DNA from: Alphaproteobacteria bacterium
Lineage (GTDB): Bacteria; Pseudomonadota; Alphaproteobacteria; CADEGL01
DNA length: 64,000 bases
Direction: 5' to 3'
Assembly: GCA_046153685.1 (NCBI GenBank)
Contig: JBJXGH010000037.1
Span: 38,323 to 102,322 of the forward strand
Part shown: positions 1-10,264 of the stretch, piece by piece
Position numbering within the stretch: the first letter of the stretch is position 1
How the letters are laid out: every line of letters begins with the position of its first letter
Program-made: the position numbers and the translations under genes
The notes under the pieces: model-generated
What the model was told of the DNA's origin: nothing
The model's input: the letters and a program-made list of their open reading frames with translations, nothing else
Databases searched by the model: none

Positions 1-42
1 GCAGCTTTGAACGTTTACGTCTCAAGCTCTGAGGAGGGGAAT

Positions 43-270
43 GTGGAACTGTTCGACAAGGCGAAGGGGTGGATCGTCCGAATCACCGAGTTGGGCCTTC
101 TGCTCGTCGCGCTCGGAATCGTGCTGCAGGTTCTGTTCGGAACCGCAGTGCCGTTTCTCGGCGGCGACATTGTCGGTAATCTGATCAAACTCGTAAGCGC
201 CCTCGGCAGCAATGGCGTGGTTGGCCTCGTGGCCATCGCGGTCATTCTGTGGCTGTTCAACAGGAAGTGA
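43..270 (+). CDS. Small hydrophobic membrane protein (75 aa), paralogue 1
   Basis: GTG at 43 after GAGGAGGGG RBS; two long hydrophobic segments; aligns without gaps to 342..569. Confidence 0.85.
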   Translation: MELFDKAKGWIVRITELGLLLVALGIVLQVLFGTAVPFLGGDIVGNLIKLVSALGSNGVVGLVAIAVILWLFNRK

Positions 271-341
271 TGACCGCAAACGACCGACGCGGCGGTGCCG
301 CGCCGGCAAGACATGCGTGCGAACTATCGGGGAGATGAACC

Positions 342-569
342 ATGCAGTTTTTCGACAGTGCAAGATCCGTCGTCGTCAAGCTGACCGATCTCGGGGTCAC
401 GTTGCTGGCTCTTGCGATCGTGCTGCAACTGCTCTTCGGCTCAGCCATGCCGTTTCTCGGCAGCGATATCGTTGCCAATCTGATCGCCTTCATTGGCGGG
501 CTTGGCAATAACGGCCTCGTCGGCCTCGTCGCCATTGGCGCGGTCGTTTGGATCCTTACGCGGCGCTAG
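342..569 (+). CDS. Small hydrophobic membrane protein (75 aa), paralogue 2
   Basis: GGGGAGA RBS; shares T(E/D)LG, LFG-A-PFLG-DIV-NLI and LG-NG-VGLVAI motifs with 43..270. Confidence 0.85.
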   Translation: MQFFDSARSVVVKLTDLGVTLLALAIVLQLLFGSAMPFLGSDIVANLIAFIGGLGNNGLVGLVAIGAVVWILTRR

Positions 570-615
570 CCGCGTGATCGACGCCGGCAGGATGCCGGTC
601 GATAGCCGAATTTCT

Positions 616-650
616 GGGCCCGCCGCGACCGCCGGCGGGCCTTTCGCTTT
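616..650 (+). terminator. Probable intrinsic terminator
   Basis: Stem GGCCCGCCG / CGGCGGGCC followed by TTTCGCTTT, downstream of the paralogue pair. Confidence 0.65.
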
Positions 651-682
651 CGCGGCCCAGGATAGGGCGCGGCGGCGCCACG

Positions 683-707
683 AAAAAGGGGCGGTTTCCC
701 ACCCCTT
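683..707 (-). terminator. Probable intrinsic terminator of the purL-bolA-grxD transcript
   Basis: Minus strand AAGGGGTGG-GAAA-CCGCCCCTTTTT just after the grxD stop. Confidence 0.7.
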
Positions 708-731
708 CGCCGGTTGGTGGATGCGCGACCC

Positions 732-1064
732 CTAGGCGGGCTTTACACCCTTGTCTTTGAGCACGGTTTCGAGTTCGCCGGTCTGGAACATCTCGCGCAC
801 GATGTCGCAGCCGCCAATGAACTCGCCCTTGACATAAAGCTGGGGGATCGTCGGCCAGCTGCTGAATTCCTTGATGCCCTGGCGCAATTCCATGCTCTCG
901 AGCACGTTCACGCTCTTGTAGCCGACGCCGACGTGATTCAGCACCTGGACGACCGTGGCGGAGAAACCGCACTGGGGCGCGGCGGGCGTGCCCTTCATGA
1001 ACAGCACGACGTCGTTTTCCGCCACGTCCTTGGCGATCCGTGTCTGCGCAGAGGTTTGGGTCAT
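732..1064 (-). CDS. grxD: Monothiol glutaredoxin (Grx4)
   Basis: FMKGTP, CGFS active site, [19 protein letters not shown]. Confidence 0.97.
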   Translation of the reverse strand: MTQTSAQTRIAKDVAENDVVLFMKGTPAAPQCGFSATVVQVLNHVGVGYKSVNVLESMELRQGIKEFSSWPTIPQLYVKGEFIGGCDIVREMFQTGELETVLKDKGVKPA

Positions 1065-1102
1065 GTCGATGCTCCTTCTCGGTTCGGTGCGCGCGAAATG
1101 CG

Positions 1103-1333
1103 CTAGTCGGCGCTCGTCTGCAGGGCGAGCGCGTGAAGCTCGTTGCCCATCCGGCCTTGGAGAGCCTGATAGACTATTTGGTGCTGCTGCACGCGCGACT
1201 TGCCCTTGAAGGCCGAGGAGACGACGCGGGCGGAGTAGTGATTGCCGTCGCCCGCGAGATCCTCGATGGTCACGCGCGCATCGGGCAAGGCCGTCTTGAT
1301 CATGCGTTCGATTTCCCCCGCATCCATCGCCAT
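1103..1333 (-). CDS. bolA: BolA family protein
   Basis: [25 protein letters not shown] motifs; adjacent to grxD. Confidence 0.95.
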   Translation of the reverse strand: MAMDAGEIERMIKTALPDARVTIEDLAGDGNHYSARVVSSAFKGKSRVQQHQIVYQALQGRMGNELHALALQTSAD

Positions 1334-1350
1334 GGCCTTGCCTCCGCTCC

Positions 1351-3546
1351 TTAGGGCCGCGCCATATAGGAAGGCAGCCAGCCTTCGTGCGCTTCGCTTA
1401 ACTCAGTCAGCGATATAGGTTCGAACCCGCCGCCGGTCAACGTGGCGGCTTTGGTCGTCGCGCCGATGTGTTTTGCGGGCACGCCCGCCTTGGCCGCCAG
1501 CGCCAGAACTTCGCCGGGAGCGCGCGTCGCAACGAGGTAGCGCGCCTGGTCCTCGCCGAACCACCAGCCATGGGCGGGAACGCCCCCTTGCGGGCCTTCG
1601 AGGGCGGCGCCAAACCTGCCGGCGAGAGCCATTTCCGCGAGCGCGACCAACAGCCCGCCGTTCGAAACATCGTGGCAGGCGGTGATGTGGCGGGCTTCGA
1701 TTACCGCGCGCACGAATTCGCCGTTGCGCCGCTCGGCGGCCAGATCGACGGGCGGCGGCGCGCCGTCCTCGCGCCCGAACAGGGCCGAAAGGTAAAGCGA
1801 ACAACCCAGCCAGCCCGATGTGTCGCCGATCAGCACGATCGCCTCGCCCGCGTCCTTGAACGCGATCGACACGGCGTCCGCCACGTCGTCGAGCAAACCC
1901 ACCCCGCCGATCACGGGCGTAGGATGAATGCCCTTGCCGTTGGTTTCGTTGTAAAGCGAGACATTACCCGACACGATCGGGAAATCGAGCGCGCGGCAGG
2001 CTTCGGCTATGCCCTCGATGCAGCCGACGAGCTGGCCCATGATCTCGGGCCGCTCGGGATTGGCGAAATTGAGATTGTCGGTCGCGGCCATCGGGCGTGA
2101 TCCGGTGGCGACGAGATTGCGCCAGCATTCCGCCACTGCTTGTGCGCCGCCGCGCTTGGGATCGGCAAAGCAATAGCGCGGCGTGCAATCGGTCTTGACC
2201 GCGAGGCCCTTCTTCCGACCGGCGAGGCGCACGACCGCGCTGTCGCCTCCGGGGCGCACGATGGTGTTGCCCATCACGAGGTGATCGTACTGCTCCCAAA
2301 TCCAGCGCTTGCTCGCAAGATCGGGTGTGCCGAGAAGGCGCGTCAGCGCCTCGCGCGCGCCGAGGGCGGGCACGTCGGCGGCGGCGAGCGTCGGGCGTTC
2401 GGGCGTCTTCACCCAGGGCCGGTCGTAGAGCGGCGCCTGATCGACCAGCGGCTGGACGGGAATCTCGGCGACGACCCGCCCGCCTTCCTTGAGAACGAGG
2501 TGCCCCGTCTGCGTCACCTGGCCGATAACGGCGAAATCGAGCTCCCATTTCTCGAACACCGCGCGCGCGAAATCCTCGCGCCCGGGTTTGAGCACCAGCA
2601 GCATGCGTTCCTGGCTTTCCGACAGCATGATCTCGTACGCCGTCATGCCGGTTTCACGGCGCGGGACGCGGTCGAGGTCGAGTTCGGTACCAAGCCCGCC
2701 GCGCGCCGCCATCTCGACCGAGGACGAGGTAAGACCGGCGGCGCCCATGTCTTGAATGGCGACGATGGCGTCCGAGGACATGAGTTCGAGGCAGGCCTCG
2801 AGCAGCAATTTCTCCGTGAACGGGTCGCCGACCTGCACCGTGGGGCGCCTTTCGGCCGAGTTGTCGTCGAATTCGGCGGAGGCCATGGTCGCGCCGTGGA
2901 TGCCGTCGCGGCCGGTCTTGGAGCCGACATAAACGATGGGATTTCCGGGGCCCGAGGACCGGGCGTAAAAAATCCGATCCGCGCGTGCGATGCCGACCGT
3001 CATCGCATTGACCAGGATATTGCCGTTATAGCTCGCATGAAATTCGCATTCGCCCGCGACCGTGGGGATGCCCATGCAATTGCCGTAGCCGCCGATACCA
3101 GAGACGACGCCGCCCACGAGGTGGCGGGTCAGGGGGTGATCGGGGTCGCCGAAGCGGAGCGCGTTCAGGTTGGCGATCGGGCGCGCGCCCATGGTGAAGA
3201 CGTCGCGCAGGATGCCGCCGACGCCGGTCGCAGCCCCCTGATAGGGCTCGATGAACGAAGGGTGGTTGTGGCTTTCGATCTTGAACACGGCCGCGTCGCC
3301 GTCGCCGATATCGATGACGCCCGCGTTCTCGCCTGGCCCCTGGATGACCCAGGGCGCCGTGGTCGGCAAGGTGCGAAGCCATTTGCGCGAGGATTTGTAC
3401 GAGCAGTGCTCGCTCCACATCACCGAGAAGATGCCGAGCTCGGTCCGATTCGGCGTCCGTCCCATGATGGTCAGAATCCGGCCGTATTCCTCCGCGGAAA
3501 GGCCATGCTCACGGGCGAGCGCGGGCGTGACTTCGGGCTCGCTCAA
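1351..3546 (-). CDS. purL: Phosphoribosylformylglycinamidine synthase subunit PurL
   Basis: [39 protein letters not shown]; start re-assigned to TTG at 3546 behind GGAGG. Confidence 0.97.
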   Translation of the reverse strand: MSEPEVTPALAREHGLSAEEYGRILTIMGRTPNRTELGIFSVMWSEHCSYKSSRKWLRTLPTTAPWVIQGPGENAGVIDIGDGDAAVFKIESHNHPSFIEPYQGAATGVGGILRDVFTMGARPIANLNALRFGDPDHPLTRHLVGGVVSGIGGYGNCMGIPTVAGECEFHASYNGNILVNAMTVGIARADRIFYARSSGPGNPIVYVGSKTGRDGIHGATMASAEFDDNSAERRPTVQVGDPFTEKLLLEACLELMSSDAIVAIQDMGAAGLTSSSVEMAARGGLGTELDLDRVPRRETGMTAYEIMLSESQERMLLVLKPGREDFARAVFEKWELDFAVIGQVTQTGHLVLKEGGRVVAEIPVQPLVDQAPLYDRPWVKTPERPTLAAADVPALGAREALTRLLGTPDLASKRWIWEQYDHLVMGNTIVRPGGDSAVVRLAGRKKGLAVKTDCTPRYCFADPKRGGAQAVAECWRNLVATGSRPMAATDNLNFANPERPEIMGQLVGCIEGIAEACRALDFPIVSGNVSLYNETNGKGIHPTPVIGGVGLLDDVADAVSIAFKDAGEAIVLIGDTSGWLGCSLYLSALFGREDGAPPPVDLAAERRNGEFVRAVIEARHITACHDVSNGGLLVALAEMALAGRFGAALEGPQGGVPAHGWWFGEDQARYLVATRAPGEVLALAAKAGVPAKHIGATTKAATLTGGGFEPISLTELSEAHEGWLPSYMARP

Positions 3547-3646
3547 ATCGCATCCTCCTGGAACGATTCCCTTCGGCATCCGCCGTCGGGACTTTGCGCG
3601 CGGGCGCGCGCGGGCGTGACTTTGGGCGGCGGCGGCACGACAGGGA

Positions 3647-4336
3647 TCAGGCAAGGGCCCGGGCCAAGCCCTGGAACAGGCCGAGGCCGTCGGTGCCGCC
3701 GTGCAAGGGGTCGGAGGCGTTCTCGGGATGGGGCATGAGGCCGAGCACGGTCTTGGTTGCGTTGAACACCCCGGCGATGTGGCGCGCGGAGCCGTTGGGA
3801 TTGGCGCGGTCGGAAAGCTCGCCCGCGGGCGTCGCATAGCGGAACGCCACGCGACCATCGCCTTCAAGGCGTTCGAGCGTCGCGTCATCGGCGAAATAAT
3901 TGCCGTCATTGTGGGCGACCGGCGTGCGGATCACCTGACCTTGGGCATAGGCGGCGGTGAACATCGTCTGGGCGTTCTCGACCCGCAGGTGCACGTCGCG
4001 GCAGACGAATTTGAGCCCGGCATTGCGCATCAGCGCGCCAGGCAGCAACCCCGCTTCGGTCAGCACCTGGAAGCCGTTGCAGATGCCGATGACCGCGACG
4101 CCGCGCTTGGCGCGCTCGACGATGGCGCGGACGATGGGCGAATGCGCGGCCATGGCGCCCGAGCGTAGATAATCGCCGTAGGAAAATCCGCCCGGCACGA
4201 CGATGAGATCGACCGTGGGAATCTCGGATTCCCGATGCCAGACCATGATCGGTTCCTGGCCGCTGGCCGCGCGCAGGGCGGCGGCGGCATCGTGTTCGCG
4301 GTTGGTGCCGGGGAAGACGACGATGGCAGATTTCAC
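3647..4336 (-). CDS. purQ: FGAM synthase glutaminase subunit PurQ
   Basis: [30 protein letters not shown]; GTG start at 4336. Confidence 0.97.
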   Translation of the reverse strand: MKSAIVVFPGTNREHDAAAALRAASGQEPIMVWHRESEIPTVDLIVVPGGFSYGDYLRSGAMAAHSPIVRAIVERAKRGVAVIGICNGFQVLTEAGLLPGALMRNAGLKFVCRDVHLRVENAQTMFTAAYAQGQVIRTPVAHNDGNYFADDATLERLEGDGRVAFRYATPAGELSDRANPNGSARHIAGVFNATKTVLGLMPHPENASDPLHGGTDGLGLFQGLARALA

Positions 4337-4367
4337 GGCGCGCACCGCGCGGCGAAGGCCGCAACTT

Positions 4368-4610
4368 TCACGGCGCGACCTCGATGGCGTAATTCTCGAT
4401 CACCGTGTTGGCGAGCAGCTTCCTGCACATGTCGTCGAGTTTTTGCCGCGCCCGCGCCGCGTCGGCTTCGGCGATTTCGAGCTCGATGTACTTGCCCTGG
4501 CGGACATTGCCGATGCCGCCGAAGCCCAGGCCCGACAATGCGTTCTCGATCGCCTTGCCCTGCGGATCGAGCACGCCGGATTTGAGGGTGATGTGTATGC
4601 GCGCCTTCAC
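4368..4610 (-). CDS. purS: FGAM synthase subunit PurS
   Basis: [25 protein letters not shown]; GTG start at 4610. Confidence 0.95.
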   Translation of the reverse strand: MKARIHITLKSGVLDPQGKAIENALSGLGFGGIGNVRQGKYIELEIAEADAARARQKLDDMCRKLLANTVIENYAIEVAP

Positions 4611-4624
4611 CGCCGCCTCGTGCG

Positions 4625-5392
4625 TTATTGTAAGGTCTTGGGGCCCTTCAGGTCCTGCGCCGCGGCTTCCGGCATGATGCCGAGCCGGCGCGCGACTTCC
4701 TGATAGGCTTCCACGACATTGCCGAGATCGCGCCGGAAGCGATCCTTGTCCATCTTTTCGTTGGTCTTCAAATCCCACAGCCGGCAGCTATCGGGCGAGA
4801 TTTCGTCGGCGAGCACGATGCGCATTTCGTCGTTCTCGTTCCACAGTCGGCCGAATTCGAGCTTGAAATCGACCAGGCGGATGCCGACGCCGAAGAACAG
4901 ACCTGAGAGAAAATCGTTGATGCGCAGCGCGAGCGGCAGGATGTCGTCGAGATCCTGGGGCGCGGCCCAGCCGAAGGCGGTGATATGTTCTTCCGACACC
5001 ATTGGATCGCCGAGCTTGTCGTTCTTGTAATAGTACTCGACGATCGAGCGCGGCAGGGCGGCACCTTCGGCGATGCCCAGGCGCTGGGACAGCGAGCCCG
5101 CGGCGACATTGCGGACCACCACTTCCAAAGGAATGATCTCGACTTCGCGGATCAATTGCTCGCGCATGTTGAGGCGGCGCACGAAATGGGTCGGCACGCC
5201 GATCTCGTTCAGGCGCGTGAATAGGTATTCCGAAATGCGGTTGTTGATCACGCCCTTGCCGGTGATCACGCCGCGCTTCTGGTTGTTGAAGGCGGTGGCG
5301 TCGTCTTTGAAGTACTGCACGAGCGTACCCGGTTCGGGGCCCTCATAGAGCACCTTGGCCTTACCTTCGTAGATGCGCTTGCGTCTGGACAT
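4625..5392 (-). CDS. purC: SAICAR synthetase
   Basis: [43 protein letters not shown]. Confidence 0.97.
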   Translation of the reverse strand: MSRRKRIYEGKAKVLYEGPEPGTLVQYFKDDATAFNNQKRGVITGKGVINNRISEYLFTRLNEIGVPTHFVRRLNMREQLIREVEIIPLEVVVRNVAAGSLSQRLGIAEGAALPRSIVEYYYKNDKLGDPMVSEEHITAFGWAAPQDLDDILPLALRINDFLSGLFFGVGIRLVDFKLEFGRLWNENDEMRIVLADEISPDSCRLWDLKTNEKMDKDRFRRDLGNVVEAYQEVARRLGIMPEAAAQDLKGPKTLQ

Positions 5393-5543
5393 GGCAGGCC
5401 GTTTCGATGGCAGGGCGCGGACCAGGCGGGACATCCGCGCTCGGATGCGGCCCCGCTCCTGGATCGCCCCCGTATACCAAGGTGGGCACGGGGTGACAAC
5501 GAAACTGGAAAGCATTTCGACCGGAGAGAATTGGCGTCTTGCG

Positions 5544-6347
5544 TCAATGTCTTACGGGTTCGGCTTCGGGCATCGGGGCGCGAGCGGGCAAGACGGAGGC
5601 AAAAGGGGCCGCATCGGGCCGGCCATTGGAATAACGCCATATTGGGCGCGCGCCATCGCCCGCGTGTTCCGCCGAAGGCAGGGCCAGCAAGGAGGACGAC
5701 ACGGTGCCGAAGCCGCGCTCGGTCACGACGGTCATGGCCTCCTCGGGACCCGAGCCCGCTGGCGGGGCGCGCGCGGCCAGCAAGACCTCCCAAGACAGCC
5801 AATTGCCGGCGTCCGGGTCTGGCGCGGGAGCGGAATCGAAGCGTGGTTTGTAGGTGTGGATGCGCGGCGAGGTGGGATCGTTCAGATCGCGGGCGGTCAG
5901 CATGGCCAGGCCTGGCGGCACGACGGCTAGGGCAGGCGTCTTGGGCCCTTCGGGGCCGAGGCCCTTCAGCCAATAGGCGTCGCGGTTGTCGGCGATCAGT
6001 AGATTGAAGGCGCGGTAGCTCGGCGCGTGCAATTCCCGCAGCGCTTGGGCGGCGTTGCGGGCGTCTGCGTGTTCGAGCGCCTCCAGCACGAGCTCGCCCC
6101 GGCTGCGCGCGTCCGGCGCAGGGCCGAGCGAGCCCACGCGGTTCATCACGGCGGCTACGACGCCGAAATCATTGACCCCCAGCCAGGTGCCGCCCGCGAG
6201 TTCGTCGAGACCCGCCACGATCTCGGGTCGGTCGGGCCAATGGCGGGCGGGGGGGCGGCTGGGTCGATCGAGCATTTCGTCGCGATTGGCCCCCAGGAGC
6301 ACGGGCCATGATTGTCCGGGACGTCTCAAGATCACGACGGTGCACAT
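5544..6347 (-). CDS. NRDE/TANGO2 family protein
   Basis: N-terminal MCT, ANRDE motif, D-AGGTWLG-N, SRGELV, FGTVSS. Confidence 0.9.
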   Translation of the reverse strand: MCTVVILRRPGQSWPVLLGANRDEMLDRPSRPPARHWPDRPEIVAGLDELAGGTWLGVNDFGVVAAVMNRVGSLGPAPDARSRGELVLEALEHADARNAAQALRELHAPSYRAFNLLIADNRDAYWLKGLGPEGPKTPALAVVPPGLAMLTARDLNDPTSPRIHTYKPRFDSAPAPDPDAGNWLSWEVLLAARAPPAGSGPEEAMTVVTERGFGTVSSSLLALPSAEHAGDGARPIWRYSNGRPDAAPFASVLPARAPMPEAEPVRH

Positions 6348-6565
6348 GTTCCTAGGGCGATTTTGGGTTAATCTTCGGGTTCGACAGCGGCGTGGAAATT
6401 GCCCTATCTAAACCACGGTGCGAGATGCGTGCCGAGGGGCCTGGCAAGGCGCCCCTTGAGCGCATGATAGAATTGTCATGACAGGGCGGCATGATAGAAC
6501 TTCGTGGCATCTAGCGGCCCCGTCGAATCAAATAGTCCCAAGCAATCGAACGTTGAGGAATCCGC

Positions 6566-6889
6566 ATGGCGAGCTTTCAAGATCGCGAGAAGGGCTTTGA
6601 GAACAAGTACAAGCACGACCAGGAAAAGTTGTTCAAGATCACCGCGCGGCGCAACAAGCTTCTTGGCCTATGGGCGGCCGGGCAGATGGGAATCGCGGGC
6701 GAGGCGGCGGAAGCCTACGCCAAGACCATGGTCGCCGCCGATTTCGAGCGGCCAGGCGATTCCGACGTGGTCGAGAAGGTGCTGGGCGATTTGAAGGCCA
6801 AGGGTCTGGAGATCACGGAGCACAAGCTGCGTGCGGAGATGGAGCGCCTGGGCCACGAGGCCGAAGCCCAGATCAGCGCCCAAAGCTGA
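6566..6889 (+). CDS. DUF1476 / ATP synthase inhibitor zeta-subunit family protein
   Basis: F-DREKGFENKY-HDQE, ARRNKLLGLWAA, D-DVV-KV-DL motifs typical of alphaproteobacterial zeta. Confidence 0.9.
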   Translation: MASFQDREKGFENKYKHDQEKLFKITARRNKLLGLWAAGQMGIAGEAAEAYAKTMVAADFERPGDSDVVEKVLGDLKAKGLEITEHKLRAEMERLGHEAEAQISAQS

Positions 6890-6904
6890 CGGCAAGCTCA
6901 AAGC

Positions 6905-8254
6905 TCAGCCGCGCGTTCGCCTAGGCGCGGCGGGTCTTGCGCGCCGGCTTGCCTTGCCCGCGCGACCGAAGACGCGCGCGAAAATTGTATCGACGTGCTT
7001 CAGGTGATGGCCGAGATCGAATAGCCGGCCGAGTTCCTTGGCGCCGAGATGTTTGGCGACCGCGGGATCGGCGGCCAGCAGGGCGCGGAAATCCTTGCCC
7101 TGTTCCCATGCCGCCATGGCGTGGCGCTGGACGGCTTTGTAGGCATCCTCGCGGCTCATGCCCGCTTGCGTCAGTGCCAGCATGACGCGCTGGGAATGCA
7201 CCAATGCGCCCTGGCCGTCGAGATTTGCGCGCATGCGCGTGGGATAGACCACCAATTTCGCCATCATGGCTTCGAGGCGCGCGAGCGCGAAATCGAGCGC
7301 GATCGTCGCATCGGGCGCGATCACGCGCTCGACCGCGGAATGGGAGATATCGCGTTCATGCCACAATGCGACGTTTTCCATCGCGGGCGCCGCCATGGCG
7401 CGCACAAGGCGCGCGAGGCCCGTGAGATTCTCCGACAACACCGGATTGCGCTTGTGCGGCATGGCCGAGGAACCCTTTTGACCGGGGTGGAAGAATTCCT
7501 CGGCCTCGCGCACCTCGCTGCGCTGCAGGTGGCGGATTTCGGTCGCCAGGCGCTCGACCGAGGACGCGATGACCCCGAGGGTGGCGAAGAACATGGCGTG
7601 GCGGTCGCGCGGGATGATCTGGGTCGATACGGGCTCGACCTTAAGCCCGAGCGCCTTGGCGACGTGCGCCTCGACCCGGGGGTCGATATTGGCAAAGGTG
7701 CCGACCGCGCCCGAAATGGCGCAAGTGCCGATCTCGGCGCGGGCGGCGACCAGGCGCACGCGGGCGCGCGCGAATTCGGCGTAATAGGTCGCGAGCTTCA
7801 GGCCGAAGGTAATGGGCTCGGCGTGAATACCGTGGCTGCGGCCGACGCACGGAGTCATCTTGTGCTCGCGCGCGCGGCGGGCGAGCGTGGCCAGAAGCGC
7901 GTCCAAATCTTCGAGTAGGATGTCCGAGGCTTGGACAAGCTGCACCGCGAGGCAGGTGTCGAGCACATCCGACGATGTCATGCCCTGGTGGACGAAGCGC
8001 GCTTGCGGGCCGACATGCTCGGCCAGATTGGTCAGGAAGGCTATGACGTCGTGGCGCGTCTCGCGTTCGATGTCCTCGATGCGCGCGATCTCGAAATTGC
8101 CGCGTTTCCACACGGCGCGCGCGGCGGATTTGGGAATGACGCCCAGCTTCGCTTGCGCGTCGCACGCATGGGCCTCGATCTCGAACCAGATGCGGTAGCG
8201 ATTCTTGGGTTCCCAGATGGCCGCCATGCGCGGCCGGGAATAGCGCGGGATCAT
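6905..8254 (-). CDS. purB: Adenylosuccinate lyase
   Basis: MIPRYSRP, HDVIAFL, GRSHGIHAEP, GSSAMPHKRNP. Confidence 0.97.
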   Translation of the reverse strand: MIPRYSRPRMAAIWEPKNRYRIWFEIEAHACDAQAKLGVIPKSAARAVWKRGNFEIARIEDIERETRHDVIAFLTNLAEHVGPQARFVHQGMTSSDVLDTCLAVQLVQASDILLEDLDALLATLARRAREHKMTPCVGRSHGIHAEPITFGLKLATYYAEFARARVRLVAARAEIGTCAISGAVGTFANIDPRVEAHVAKALGLKVEPVSTQIIPRDRHAMFFATLGVIASSVERLATEIRHLQRSEVREAEEFFHPGQKGSSAMPHKRNPVLSENLTGLARLVRAMAAPAMENVALWHERDISHSAVERVIAPDATIALDFALARLEAMMAKLVVYPTRMRANLDGQGALVHSQRVMLALTQAGMSREDAYKAVQRHAMAAWEQGKDFRALLAADPAVAKHLGAKELGRLFDLGHHLKHVDTIFARVFGRAGKASRRARPAAPRRTRG

Positions 8255-8424
8255 GGCGTCATCTTAACCGCCCCGACGGGTGCGGCGGAAGGCGTAATTG
8301 CCCCAGGCGCGAAGGTGTCCCCAGCGCCTTGGCGGCCGGGTTGACCGCGGATAAGCTCAAGGCCAATTGCATGGCGCCGACCGGGATTTCGACCCGACGG
8401 TGCTGCAGCTTGGGGGAGGGTGTC

Positions 8425-9522
8425 ATGGTTCCTGGCGCGGTCAAGACAGTCGCGGTCATCGGCAATGGGCTCATCGGCCACGGCGTGGCCCAGGTCTTCG
8501 CGGTCGCGGGCAAGGATGTGCGGCTCATCGGTCGGCGGGCGGAAAGCCTGAGCGCCGCCATGGGCAAGATCAAATCGAGCTTGGACAGCTTCGCCGCCTA
8601 CGGCCTTGTGCCAGGCTCGGGTGTCAAGGCGGCGATGAAACGCATCCATCCCACGACCGATATGGGCGAGGCCTCCGCCGCGGAGCTGGTGGTCGAGGCG
8701 GTGCCCTTCGAGCAGAAATTGCAGCACGAGGTGTTCGGCGAACTCGACCGCATTTGCACCGGCCCCACGATCCTTGCGTCATCGAGCGGGGCGCTGGCGA
8801 GCGAGCTGGTCGCGCGCGTGAAGCGCCGCGACCGGGTGGTGGCTTCGCATTTCTGGTACCCCTCGCAGCATATTCCGGCGGTCGAGGTCTGCGCCGGGCC
8901 CGAGACCGGGCCGGACGTCGTGCCCTGGCTGTGCAAGGTTTTGGAAAGCGTGGGCAAGGTGCCGGTGGTGCTCAACCGCGAGATCCGCGGCTTCATCGGC
9001 AATCGTATGCAGATAGCGCTGTTGCGCGAGGCTTGGGCGCTCTGGGCCTCGGGTGTGGCATCGGCCGAGATGATCGACACGGTGGTGCGCTCGAGTTTCG
9101 GCCGACGCCTGGCGATCACCGGGCCCATCGAATCGGCCGATGTGGGGGGGCTCGAGACGCTCTATAACTTTGCGGGCTGGCTGTTGCCCGGTCTCGACCG
9201 CGACACCGTGCCCTCGCCGAAAGTGGGCGAACTTGTGAAAGGCGGGGCCAAGGGCCCGTCCACGGGGCGCGGCGTGTACGACTGGAAGAAGCGCGACGCC
9301 AATGCGCTGATTTCGCGGCGCATGGACGAACTTCTGCGCTGGTTGCAGGTCGATAAAGGCGTCGCCAAGAAGGCTCCCATGAAAAAGGCCAGCGCGAAGA
9401 AGGCGCGCGCGCGCAAGGCGGCGAGAACGACCGCAAAACGCGCGACGCCCAAGCGCAAGGCGGCGCGGACGAGCGCAAAACGCGCGGCGCCCAAGCGCAA
9501 GGCGGGGCGCCGCAAGCGTTAG
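8425..9522 (+). CDS. 3-hydroxyacyl-CoA dehydrogenase family protein with a Lys/Arg/Ala-rich C-terminal tail
   Basis: VIGNGLIG Rossmann motif, VVEAVP, ILASSS, SHFW-P, GFIGNRMQ, GP-E-D-GL; ATG 8425 after GGGGAGG. Confidence 0.88.
   Translation: MVPGAVKTVAVIGNGLIGHGVAQVFAVAGKDVRLIGRRAESLSAAMGKIKSSLDSFAAYGLVPGSGVKAAMKRIHPTTDMGEASAAELVVEAVPFEQKLQHEVFGELDRICTGPTILASSSGALASELVARVKRRDRVVASHFWYPSQHIPAVEVCAGPETGPDVVPWLCKVLESVGKVPVVLNREIRGFIGNRMQIALLREAWALWASGVASAEMIDTVVRSSFGRRLAITGPIESADVGGLETLYNFAGWLLPGLDRDTVPSPKVGELVKGGAKGPSTGRGVYDWKKRDANALISRRMDELLRWLQVDKGVAKKAPMKKASAKKARARKAARTTAKRATPKRKAARTSAKRAAPKRKAGRRKR
9411..9504 (+). repeat. In-frame imperfect 42-bp tandem repeat (about 2.2 copies)
   Basis: GCGCAAGGCG begins at 9411, 9453 and 9495; encodes RKAART(T/S)AKRA(T/A)PK. 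Confidence 0.85.
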
Positions 9523-9574
9523 AAATTGCCCATCGGTTCGAGCGGGTCCCGTCGGCTAAAGCAAGCCTTGGCGG

Positions 9575-10264
9575 TTAAAGCAGGCCCAGGCTCTTGAAGC
9601 TCGCATGGCCCCGCTTGGCGATGATCAGGTGATCGTGGATTTCGATGCCTAGGGGCTTGGCCGCGGCCACGATCTGGCGCGTCATCTCGATATCGGCCTT
9701 GGACGGCGTGGGATCGCCCGAGGGGTGATTGTGCACCAGGATCATGGCGGCGGCGCCCAATTCGAGCGCGCGCTTGACCACCTCGCGCGGATAGACGGGC
9801 GTATGGTCGATGGTGCCGCGGCCTTGCGCCTCGGCTCGGATCAGCACGTTTTTGGTGTCGAGAAACAAGATGTGGACCCGCTCGGTCGGCTCATGGGCGA
9901 GCGCCGTCCGGCAATAGGCGAGCACCCGGTCCCAGGACGACAGCACGGTGCGTTCGGACGCGTCCTCGCGCGCAAGGCGCACGGCGGCGGCCCGCACCAC
10001 GCGCAAGGCGGCGATCGTCGTCTCGCCCACGCCCTTGATCTCCTTGAGGGCGCGCGAATCGGCGGAGATCGCGGCGGAAAAACCGCCGAAGCGCTGGATG
10101 AGTTCCTTGGCCAGCGGCTTCACGTCGCCGCGCGGATGCGCGAAGGACAGCACCAGTTCGAGCAGTTCGTAATCCTGTAGCGCGTCGGCTCCGCCTTCGA
10201 GGAATCGCTCGCGCAGGCGCGCGCGGTGCCCGGCGTAATGTGGCGACTTATCCTTCGCGGTCAT
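9575..10264 (-). CDS. radC: RadC family JAB-domain protein
   Basis: GHRARLRERF, DYELLEL, VYPREV, ILVHNHPSGDPTPS-D, HDHLII; ATG overlaps upstream stop. Confidence 0.95.
   Translation of the reverse strand: MTAKDKSPHYAGHRARLRERFLEGGADALQDYELLELVLSFAHPRGDVKPLAKELIQRFGGFSAAISADSRALKEIKGVGETTIAALRVVRAAAVRLAREDASERTVLSSWDRVLAYCRTALAHEPTERVHILFLDTKNVLIRAEAQGRGTIDHTPVYPREVVKRALELGAAAMILVHNHPSGDPTPSKADIEMTRQIVAAAKPLGIEIHDHLIIAKRGHASFKSLGLL

Noticed and set aside
9575-10264. radC as a marker of a mobile element
   Set aside because: Full-length chromosomal type in the usual map/purB neighbourhood, with no mobility genes
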